This document shows positions 52,501 through 64,000 of a DNA stretch of 64,000 nt, piece by piece. Each line of letters opens with the position of its first letter. Within the stretch, counting starts at the first letter, position 1. A program made the translations under genes and the position numbers. The stretch comes from Anthoceros angustus (taxonomy: Eukaryota > Plantae > Anthocerotophyta), in assembly GCA_010909165.1 (NCBI GenBank), contig MU008155.1, positions 1,674,001 through 1,738,000 of the forward strand. The letters are read 5' to 3'. Under the pieces are notes generated by a model, which was not told where the DNA came from, searched no databases, and worked only from the letters and a program-made list of their open reading frames with translations.

Positions 52501-52750
52501 TGGACCGCCCCATTGGGTGGGGTACTAAAAGAGCCTGCAACTCATTACCAAAAGCTAGGGGCAGGAAATCCCCCAACTGCCAGAAAGGAACCCAACAAAA
52601 TCCAGGAAAAATAAATTCCCACCACCACCGCAACAACACCTTGCATTTGCCCATGACACACCCAGCCCATGACCACGGGCCCCGCCTCTGTAGCCCTTGG
52701 AGCAACTAGGAGCCCTGCCTTTGCAGTCTCCGTGGGGTGGCCCACTACCC
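49550..52750 (-). mobile_element. RLE-type (CRE-like) non-LTR retrotransposon, copy A, degenerate and near full length
   Basis: In order: C2H2 finger CPVCAQLCCGVKGVKTHIGHMH; RT motifs PLTVGEAFMRL, QFGIATSGG, VDVENAFN, TRQGDPLGGALF, FPSLPDD; CCHC CECG...GVHLAHC; RLE HDAIRD...RADL...VVDVVV...KVCKY...FIPLALET; and SIDLQRA. Many stops and frameshifts. Confidence 0.85.
50700..50950 (+). mobile_element. Ty1/copia pol fragment (integrase-RT linker and RT start) within copy A
   Basis: LTDCREPSSYKEAM...WEKAMQSEMNSLHKNQTWELVRLP...LPCKWVYK.K...KYKAR. No LTRs. Confidence 0.9.
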
Positions 52751-52929
52751 TAATTATATTACATATTATATTCAATCAAGAAAGAAGTAAGTAAGTAATG
52801 AATGAATAGACAACTTAACTCAAATGAAAAGGTATGACTATTCATCTAGGGGTGTAACCCTAACGAACAGGTATGACTATTAAACAATAGCTACCCCTAT
52901 TATCTCATATAACCTATGGTTATGACCCT

Positions 52930-54850
52930 AAGCCGTAAATGGTCAACACACACCTAACTTCACTTCAACAGATAGGTCGCCGACGTAGGCCAAGTCCTCC
53001 TTCAAAGCCTCATCCACAAAACCCTGAATAAAGGCCGGAGGTCCCATGAGGACCCTTAAGACGCGAAGTCCCTACGAAGGAACTATGTCTCCCCTGGGAA
53101 ATTGAAGAGAGGGAGTGATGCCAGATGGGGACCAAACCTTGCACTTGAGAATCTTGACCCTCAAACTTAGGCGGAAGACCTTTGAGGAGAAGAGTGCAAA
53201 AGGTTCCCTGACCTTGCCCCCGGGTCCTAAGATACGAGTGTCATCTGCCACGGACGGAAAGAGACACTTCCCGACCGAGCCGGTAGAAATAGCCAGAGCC
53301 TTGAAGTGCGCAATGGCAAAGAGGGCACCCCCTAAGAGATCCCCTTGCCTTGTGCCAGTCGTCGAGTCCAACACAGTAACCCCTTCCTTAAATGGTCCGT
53401 GCTGAAAGTAGAGGGTAGACGGGGAACTATAGAAAGAGCGGACGAAAGCAATAAGGTGCCCGCCTGCATCCTTGTGCTTTGTAAAAATTGTTGACATAGA
53501 GACCGTGTTAAAAGCGTTCTCGATGTCCACCTACAGGGCGACCCAATCGTTATCTTTGACTCCATAACTGCTACGATACCAAACGCGGCCGACTCACAAC
53601 CCCCCAGAGTGACAATCCCAAATTGGTGGGGGCGAAGATGCGACTGGAACTACTCCCGAAGTTAGATAGCAATGCTGTGACCTATGAGGCATAAGAATGT
53701 CTCCCCAACAATGATAGGGCACACCCTAGGCGTGGGCTTCTCCATAGCTAGTAACCTGCTGGCTCGTAACACCTGAGAGATCCGGTGGGGAGTCTCACCT
53801 CTGGCCACTGCCGCTGCCAGAATGAAGAGCTCCAAGAAACCACTTGAAGGATCCTTGGGAGCAAAGTAATCCCGAAGGTGATCATAGACTGTCCCAGACA
53901 AACCACCCGAGGAAAGTCGCGGGGCAATAGTAAGAGCCCTACCAAAGACCGCCCTGTCGAGACAAAAAGGTTCCTCCACGTAATCCAGGATATCATGTGG
54001 AATGACGTCATTTGGGGCTAAATGAAGAGCACGAGGCGTAGAGATGGTGTCCTCGGAGTTTTACACCACCGGCTCCGGGCGAAGTGCCAAGGTAGCCCTA
54101 GCGTATTCCCCAGCACGGCCTACCAAGAGATACCTCTTGAGCCGCGCCTTGGCAGGGTCCTGATAGACTTGATCCACCTTAGCAGCCTCCAGCCTGGATC
54201 TCGCTGCATGCCCCCGTCCCCACCTCCCTGCTCCACCCTCCTGCAGAGCTTTCCAATCCCCGGGCCGGAATCAACGAAGACGAGAAGCCACCTCCCTATG
54301 GCCGGATGAACCACCCCTTAAGCGACGAAGACACCACCGGGGGAGAAAAAGGAATAGAGTCCAAGCTGCCTCGTCCCATAGTCCAGCGCAAGGCAATCCA
54401 GAGGAAGCCAGTAGGCAAGGCAAATGTCATCATGCAGGCGCCTCGGGTGACCCCGAAAAAGGCGGGGTCCCAAAAAGTACGGTTCGAACAGCATGAGCAG
54501 ATGATTCAATTGCATTCGCAGTCACTGCCAGAACTATGGGGGCGAGCCGAGGAGGGATTCAAACTCGGAGCCCCACTGGAAGAAGTAAGCCTCACTTGAG
54601 CCTCCTAAGTGGTTCGGTCAAAGTCCTTGTGTTGGTGCCCAATGTGACATTTCATCCCCTTGCACGCAGTTGAACGCAGAGAGGGGCGGTGTCCATGGCC
54701 GCTTGAAGGAGTGGGCATATGGGAGGCCAGAACAAACAAGTACGGCATGATTCAGAGAACAACATGTGGACGACTACCCGAGAATGTCATGGTAGGCACG
54801 CCAAGAGGACAAAGCGTCCCGACATTTATTTGGCGAAGACCCACGCCAAA
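52930..54850 (-). mobile_element. CRE-like non-LTR retrotransposon, copy B, 3'-truncated and degenerate
   Basis: KCHIGHQHKDFDRTT (parallel to copy A), DIENAFN, GTRQGDLLGGALFAIAH, FPSVADD, LKCKVWSP. It ends shortly after the RT core. Confidence 0.82.
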
Positions 54851-54904
54851 GAACTAACCCGCCAAAACACCTGACAACCCACCGCATAGACCCCCGCTTC
54901 TGAG

Positions 54905-55650
54905 ATCCTAAACATAAACCCTAAAAGCCCGCGGCCGGCCAAAACATGACGGCCCCGCCGAAGCGAGCTAAAACTGAAAAGTCGGGCCCCACCACTGCAA
55001 AATTCCACCCCTTGCCTGAAAACCCTAAAGTTGCCGCCACAAATCCCTAAAATTGTGAAACCCTAAACTTGCCGCAAAACCCTAAACCTATGAAACCCTT
55101 AACCTGGAAGACCCATAACCGTAAAACCCTAAACTTAGAAGACCCACAACTGTAAAACCGTACATCTGGAAGACCCACAACCATAAAATCCTAAATCTGG
55201 AAGACCCGCAACCACAAAACCCTAAACCTATAAAACCCTAAACCTGGAAGCTGGCTCACTGCAAGGCCCCACCGCCACGACCTCCCGGGCCCCGTTGTCG
55301 CGCCACCCCTTACCCGCGCCCAACCCGCCGCACCCCTACTCACAATGGCCCCTAAGTTGCGCCTCTAACCCGCCGCACCTCCTACGTGCCATGCCCCCTA
55401 CCCGCCGTGCCCCCTACTCGCTGTGCCTCTAACTCGCCTAAACCTGGAAGACGGCTCACTATCGGGGCCTGCCACTACAAAACTCCACTCCCTGCCTGGA
55501 AACCCTGAAGTTGCCGCTACAGATCCCTAAACCTGTGTAACCCTAAACTTGGAAGATCAGCTGGCGCAAAATCCTAAACCTGGAAGCCGGCTCACCGCCG
55601 GGCCCTGCCGCCACGACCTCTCGGGCCCTGCTGCCGTGCCACCCCCAACA
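54905..55650. repeat. Telomere-motif (AAACCCTAAA) minisatellite with higher-order duplication
   Basis: About a dozen CCCTAAA/CCTAAA motifs, and 4-5 units of an about 31-bp repeat near 55100-55250. 55000-55080 resembles 55470-55550, and 55240-55310 resembles 55576-55650. Confidence 0.85.
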
Positions 55651-55799
55651 ACGCGGCATGGAAGACATGATGATGATGATGAGAAAAAATAGACCATAGA
55701 AAATGGAAAGAGCATGGCCACATTTTCTCCCAAGCGTTACTGAACTTCCAAACTTCCACTTCCATCTTTTTATCCGGATGCACCCATATCCTAGGCTTG

Positions 55800-55931
55800 A
55801 TCACTCATATTTTGGCACCAACAATATTATTTGACCACTCATATTTTGGCACCAAATATATTACTCGATCAGTCATATTTTGGCACCAAATATATTACTC
55901 GATCACTCATATTTTGGCACCAATATTACTC
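55800..55931. repeat. About 34-bp tandem repeat (CACTCATATTTTGGCACCAA core) x4
   Basis: Read directly. It begins an AT-rich block (to about 56330) that may be an LTR remnant; this was not demonstrated. Confidence 0.85.
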
Positions 55932-56399
55932 ATCTACTTGTGCATCTACCATTGCTCCCTCCAACATCCTGCTACCTCGTCTCATATCCTCCTACATCTT
56001 CCCCTTACTAGAAACGCTTGCTTAAGTTACACTTTATAATAAGATTTGGACCCCTGGATATAACACTCATGTTGCAATGTTGGGGCTATGTAACACTTTT
56101 TGGGCCCCTTGTTACACTTTGGCTTGGAAACCAAACCAAAGCTTTTGTTGCAATTATATTGCAAGGGTGTTGCAATCATGTTGCAAGGGTGTTGCAATTA
56201 TATTGAGATGAAGTGAGAGGTGCTTTTGTCCTCTCTCTCAAGATTGCAACAAGATTGCAACATCTAGAGTATTACAAGAAAAGTCTTGTAACACTTTTGT
56301 AGGCTTGGTACCGAACCTCTTCCACATCTACCATTGCCCTTTTACTTTTGCCCTATGGAATACCATATTTTACTTAGTAGTTTGAGCTTGAGCAAGCGT

Positions 56400-57900
56400 A
56401 TGTCTTTAAACTCCTTCTCTCCCTTAGCATTTTGGACTAGCAAGTCTGCCGCTAGGAACCCCATATGGTTTCATAAGTCTAGGATCCATAAGCCTCCAAC
56501 GGTTAGAGTGCCCCTCAATTTGATCAGAAGGGCTAGGATGCATCAGATCCAGCTGTTCCGTTTCATCACAAGTTGTTCCGTGCAGGCTCAAAGACCGTCT
56601 CACGATATGGAATTCAGCGAGTTGAAGTCATGCCCGTTCCCACGCACTGTGTACCTCATTCATATTGTCCCCCCCTCTCCAATTTTTCTTTCTCAACTTG
56701 GAGATTTCAACAAGCTGGTTATGTAGTCTCTGGGAGACATTGTCGGCGCAGGTTCCTTCGAATGTGCGGCTGGGGACCTGGCACGGCGACATGTGTCCCT
56801 CCCTGTCGGTTTTGGTGGTGCAAATCTTTTGGCCATGGAGGCCTCAGCGCCAGTGGCTTTTCTAGGAAGTAGGGTCCTCTCGACCCTGAGTTTGGCCTCT
56901 CGCTTCCTTATCCCAAATAGCAACATTTTGAAGAATTTCGTCGCAGGAGTTGAGGAGGGGTGCTTCCCCCTCCAAGTGTCCCTAAAGGTTGGCTAGGGAC
57001 CTCTTACCCCCTCTGGCCAAGGAGGCCATGCCTTCTTTTTCCTCGTTTCTCGCAGACGGGCTTCGGGGGTTGCAGGCCTCTCTCTAGGAGAAGCACTATG
57101 GGCAAGTGCTACAGGGTCTTCTTCTGGAATCATCTATTATGCATCCCACTAGAGCTCGCCTTCGCTCTTGCTCAGGGAAGGGTGTAGGTGTCTGGCTTCT
57201 GGCCCACCCTTGCATCCAAGCGTTCCGAATCGCACTAGCTTCTTTTTCTACTGCGATGAGGTTTTGCCTGGGTCTAGCTGGTCCAACCACTAGCCTGTTC
57301 TATTTCAGCCTGCCGCTGTGGGGCCTCTATCGACGACCCTGGGGCCCACTTAGCGCGTTGTCCAATGGGTGGACAATGTGTTGCTACACATGACGCCGTT
57401 TGAGGCGTTATGTTCTCAATGGCCAAGGAGAGCGGTTTCTTCCCTTTCAAGAAGCGGCAATATACTCTGCTCAATGGCGTCTCTATCAGAGTTTATCTTT
57501 TCTTGACGCGGGGGGACAAGGTCTCGGTTGCGGATGTGGTTGTCACTGACCCAACCAGAGATTATGTTAGCGATCATGTCATCATCAACCCTCCACATTG
57601 GGCGGCGGAAGGGAATTACAAGTTCAGAGAATTATAAGCGCAACTAAGAAAATTTACAAGTACAGGCCCATGTAGCAAGGTCACATTTTCATCCCCTTGC
57701 AATTGAAAACCATGGGGTCTTGGGTAAGGTTTTTTCTCGTTTCATCAAGGAGTGCGCAAAAGCCTACTACAACGACAGGGGTGGGGTTGACCTCCCCTTT
57801 CCAATGTTATGGCTTATTTCAGGCAACAGTTTCCATCGTCTTACAAAGGGTGTTGGCCAATGCCACCATCGTCTTACAAAGGGTGTTGGCCAATGCCATC
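56400..57900 (+). mobile_element. CRE-like non-LTR retrotransposon, copy C, 5'-truncated and degenerate
   Basis: VYLIHIVPPSPIFLSQL, SLPVGFGG...APVAFLGS, RARLRSCSGKGVGVWLLAHP, CRCG...GAHLARCPMGG...THDAV, VADVVVTDP, FIPLAIENHG. The 5' limit is approximate. Confidence 0.8.
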
Positions 57901-58054
57901 TTTAGGACGATCACCAATGTTGGAGACGTGGCATCAGCCGTCCGTACTAGTGGTAACATCTTTACACGGTCACCAGTGTTGGAGACGTGGCATCAGCCGT
58001 ACTAGTGGTAACATCTTTAGACGATCACCAGTGTTGGAGACGTGGCATCAGCCG
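57834..58054. repeat. Tandem repeats at the 3' end of copy C (33 bp x2; about 47-58 bp x3)
   Basis: CCATCGTCTTACAAAGGGTGTTGGCCAATGCCA twice, and TGTTGGAGACGTGGCATCAGCCGT three times. Confidence 0.85.
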
Positions 58055-59674
58055 TGGTAAGTAGGCCCTTCTTATCTCATACGGGTACATCTTCGGGGCG
58101 GTTGGGGGTTATGGGGTAGATTAGTGCAGGGGCACGCCCCCTGGCTTGGGGTTTTCCCGTTAGCCCTTGGGAAAAGAACGCCATGACGTTCTTTTTGTAA
58201 GGACCCCGCGGGCACGCCCGCCTCTGAATTTCAACAAAGAGACTTGTATCGGCACACGCGCACGCAGTCTTTGCTGTACCAGACTCTTTCGAGCGGGCTC
58301 GCTTGGCTTCAGCTGGACAGCAGCGCTCAGATTGAAATTCTTGCTGCTCGATTTAAAGCCAGACAGTTGCACTATCCTTCCTTCTCTAACTCGCGCTGTT
58401 CCGTCTTGATGCCCTTCTCCAAATTCGGCGAATGCCGGACGCTTGTATTGTGCAGCCTTCCTTCTCCAACTCGCGCTGCTCAGCAAACCTGCCCTGAAAC
58501 TCAGCGAACCCACGCTCCCCCTCCCCTCCCCTGTTCCCCCCCCACGCAACTCCCCAACTTGGCTTCCGCTGAACTCCTGCCGGATTATGTCGCGTATCGC
58601 TCCTTTGCTATCTCACCGCCGCAGCCTGCAGCTTGGACGTTCTGTGCGCGTGCAGGTTTCCTTTTCATGACTTCGATGGGATATGGCCGCCCATGCCCAA
58701 GAGTTCTGGAGCAACGTACACCAGCCTTTTTGCACCAGGGTATCCTAACTCTCCTAACCAGATTTTTTTCAACGGTAGCCTTCAGGCAGTCTAGACTATC
58801 ATCGATCCCAATATTCTCAACTACTCCGTCACTGTGAGTGTCTACGACACGCCTTCTCCTCGAGTCTATGCTTCTTGTTCTTTCCCGACGTCAACAACAC
58901 TGTAAAGACTTCTGACTTCAGCTCGGACCATGGCCTCCTTCTGTTTCTTGTGCACCTCACCATTGCTAGCTGCCCATGCCTGGTGTGGGTTTTGCAGTCG
59001 GGTGCTACATTGCAGTCACTGCGCTGGCTGCTGTAAAGCTAGCTCTCAGCTACAGTCGGTGGACTGGGGATCCGTGTAGTCCTGTGCCATGTGATGGAAT
59101 CAACTGTACCAAGAATGTAGTCACAGCCTTGTAAAGTTCTACCCACCACATTCTGGTATCCAGGCATGTAATATTTTGCACAAGACAGCAACTGACTGTG
59201 TATTGTTGCCACTATTTATGTGCAGGTATCTTTCGGGCAAGAGTCTCCGCGGCCCGGTTCCCTTAGCCATTTCAGGCCTGACAGGTCTTAGGAGCCTGTC
59301 TTCCATGCCCCGTGACTCTGGCGAGTCTGTTTGTATGACAACAGGTAAAGGGAACTGCTGCAACACGGAGCACACCACCACAACCAGCTACAAACGACAT
59401 CAGGAGGCAACGGGAGCGGCACCACTTCAAAGACCAAAAGTTCCCTTGGGCCGGCCATTGGTGGCGTAATGGGAGTGGCGTTCTGGAGCCCTTACGGCAT
59501 TTGCTGAAGCTGTACTTGATGTGTTTGCGTCATCTGACCTGATAGACCTGTTTGATGCGACAGGGTCTGCTTCTGAGTTCGAATTAGTCAACCTACTTTT
59601 GTCTCTACCAGCTTGAATAGACTCTCACTGACCACAATCTGCCTGTGAGAGTCTCATTTCCTTTAGCACACTGT

Positions 59675-60574
59675 TTATTGGCACATTTTTTTTAGTAGGG
59701 GAGCATTCGTTGGACTTCTTCTTTGGATTGGCGACCCTTGGACGAGAGCAGTTCTGGCGGCATTACCTAACATATCTGCCAACCCATGCATCAGGACCCC
59801 ATGACAAATGCTTGCACAATTTGCATGTCTCCAACGGGGAGGGACAAAGGACAGGGGAAGGGAGCGAGGGAAGAGGAGGGAAGGGGAGGCGAGGGGTAGA
59901 GAGGGAAGAGGAGGGAAGGAGAGGTAGGAGGAGGGAATGGGAGCGAAGGGAGAGGGGAGAGAGGGAGGGGAGAGCGAGGGAGAGGGGAGAGAGGGGTGAG
60001 GGAGGGAGGGGGACTGGAGTGAGGGTCCGACTGACCTGCCTGATTGTTGATGCCCAGCTGACTGTTGAATTCGCTGCTGCGGCTGGCTACTTACTGCTGG
60101 ACGCATCTCTGATTGTTGCTGTGACTGACTTTGTAAAGCGATTGGCTGTTGGGACTGTTGCTGCTGTATCTATATCTGTAACTGCTGCTGCTGCTGTGCA
60201 TCCTGCTGTAGCTGTAACTGCTGATGTAGCTGCTGATGTTCCTGCTGCTGTTGCCGCTGTAGCTGCTGCTGCTGCTGTGCATCCTGCTATAGCTGTAACT
60301 GCTGATGTAGCTGCTGCTGCTGCTGTGCATCCTGCTATAGCTGTAACTGCTGATGTTCCTGCTGCTGCTGCTGCTGCTGCTGCTGTAGCTGCAGCTGGTG
60401 GAGCTGCTGCTGCTGCTGTAGCTGCCCCTCCTGGAGGCGATGCCTCTGATCTAGCTGTTGCTGGTCCTGCTGCTGCCGCTGCTGGAGCCGATGCCGCTGC
60501 TGGAGCCGATGCCGCTGCTGGAGCCGATGCCACTCCTCAACCTGCCCCTGCTGTTGCTGTCGTTGATGCTGCAT
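59675..60574 (-). pseudogene. Low-complexity Gln-rich then Pro/Ser-rich reading frame with three in-frame TAG codons; function unknown
   Basis: MQHQRQQQQGQVEEWHRLQQRHRLQQ... continues to ...LLKKMCQ* if the TAGs at 60335, 60287 and 60170 are ignored. Other frames are also open because of the (GCT)n repeat. Confidence 0.3.
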
Positions 60575-61634
60575 AACATGTTGCCTCTGAGCAAGAGTAT
60601 TAGGGTTTAGGGCTCCAGTGTTTGCATCCGCAGGGGAGTGGCCTGTGCAATCACAGCACAAAACCTGGTTAGCCAACAAGAAAACCTCAACGAGGAGATC
60701 GCCAGGTGTGACGGACGCCGCCACAATTTGGAACACCAGTGGTCTCAGGCGCACCAGAAGCGATGGCCCAGGGCGTGGCCTGAAGTACAGCCTGCAGATT
60801 CCCATTCCCCACACGACCAGGCCCATAACGGGCTTCCGCAGCGTCCGCGGCCACACTTTCGCCATTAATATCTCTGTTCAGCCCTGCAGCATAAGCATCT
60901 ACAACAGCACCCGATATGGGCAGAGACGTTCGCTCCTGTACCACGAGAACACCTCTTCCTCAGTACTGCCATGCATTTTTGCGCACAGTCTCCGCAGAGC
61001 CTGAGAGCCCCTGTCTGCGGCACGAAACTCTAGAACACACTCTGTACCTCATTTACCTGTGCCATCAGCTCAGGATCCATAAGCCTCCAGCGGCCAGTGT
61101 AACCCTCAATCTGGCAACCGTGCCACACAATATTCCACGAGAGTCGTCCTGCTGCATGAGAATTGCGCCGGCGCACAAGTGGACCGCGACACCCTGCTGG
61201 GCATGACATATATTTGGGCACCCGCGCAGAGATTTGGTAGGAGCCTCACTTGCAGGACCAAGCGCTTTGTCAGTCTCCCTTCGAAAATTGAAGGCGACTG
61301 GCGACAATCCAAAGCCCTAATGACAGGACGCTGCATTTTCTATAAAACCTTCAGGGTCGATTCACGATTCACACAGACAGTGGAACCTTCAGTCTTGTTT
61401 TTTTTTGTCGGTCGCGATCATTCTGGACAAATCTAGGCAGGCAATGGGAAGGCAGTTCGGATAATGTTGAAGCTGCTGCTGGACTTAAGGAGCTCGACCA
61501 GCAAGGGGCTCTCTGTGCTGGTAGTGAGTGAACCCCGGAGCTCTTGCCATGCTGCCTGTTATCCCAGCAGAGTGTGTGGCCCAGAAGGAACTCGCGCTGG
61601 ACGCTGTTTTCCCGGCCAGACTTTCTCTCGGACG

Positions 61635-62066
61635 TGCCGAATTCCTCCCGAATCCATTGTTTTCGGTGATGCACTCCTCGGTTACACCACTTCCGAATGT
61701 GACACGTTCCCTGGACTGAAAGAGGGCTTTTTATCGATTGAAATCGACAATCTGAAGCGTGTCGTTCTTTTCTTTCTCTCACGACCTATCTGTTCACATT
61801 CCTGCTGGAAGCCAACTTCTAGCTGCCTAGAGAGAGGTTGCGAATTAGGCTGCCGAATTCCTCCCGAATCCATTGTTTTCGGTGATGCACTCCTCGGTTA
61901 CACCACTTCCGAATGTGACACGTTCCCTGGACTGAAAGAGGGCTTTTCATCGATTGAAATCGACAATCTGAAGCGTGTCGTTCTTTTCTTTCTCTCACGA
62001 CCTATCTGTTCACATTCCTGCTGGAAGCCAACTTCTAGCTGCCTAGAGAGAGGTTGCGAATTAGGC
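61635..62066. repeat. 216-bp direct tandem duplication (one mismatch seen) just upstream of COQ5
   Basis: Copies start at 61635 and 61851. Confidence 0.95.
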
Positions 62067-62091
62067 TTCGGTTTAACAAAGGTCGACCGTT

Positions 62092-63721
<1,630 letters not shown>

Positions 63722-64000
63722 GAGAAGACCGATCATGAGGACCTGTACATACATTCGGAAATAGGTAGACAAGATGTGGTTCTACATTTGATAGTAGACA
63801 TTTGCCTACCAGCATGCATCTACCAACCAGTGTGCTTAAGTGTCTTCACCACATTCTTTCAATAACACGCCACAGAAATACGTAACGGTGGGCTGGTAAC
63901 AGACCTACCACAGTGCATCTCTGTCTCCCAATACATAACATTCTGTCAAGAACAGGTTTCTTCCTGCGAAACGTTTGATCCCGTTTCCAGTGGCCTTGTG

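Noticed and set aside
58640-58760. Gag-type CCHC zinc knuckle (CSRTLGH)
   Set aside because: The spacing does not fit CX2CX4HX4C.
60170-60337. TAG read as Gln (alternative genetic code)
   Set aside because: TAG is the normal stop of the P450, COQ5 and BORCS5-like genes in this window. C-to-T decay explains the pattern.

Overview
Gene-dense nuclear DNA from a land plant. Short (about 50-150 nt) GT-AG introns, an intron-rich ISA2 and CRE-type LINEs suggest a compact non-seed-plant genome; this is an inference and the species is not determined. Recognisable spliced genes in order: ISA2 (runs off the left end), a BORCS5-like protein, a GNA/bulb-type lectin with decayed tandem copies, RBX1, cytosolic alpha-glucan phosphorylase (PHS2), SR45a, a PAR1-family protein, an At5g65540-like bromodomain-associated histone-fold protein, a clan-72 cytochrome P450, F-box protein 7, eIF3b and COQ5. 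Accessory DNA: (i) a degenerate Mutator-like element with about 285-bp TIRs that also carries a convergent RPA1-like C4 zinc-ribbon remnant; (ii) an about 9.3-kb AT-rich head-to-tail array of four near-identical type-I-like MADS-box units plus a diverged fifth relic, each with a variable number of 96-bp (32-aa) C-terminal repeats; its many indels look like long-read consensus error; (iii) three decayed RLE-type (CRE-like) non-LTR retrotransposons, with a telomere-motif minisatellite and a copia fragment. Two introns hold partial exon duplications: a 40-bp-arm fold-back in PHS2 and a stop-containing 42-nt cassette in eIF3b. No rRNA, tRNA or CRISPR features were recognised. All family assignments come from motif recognition, not database searches.
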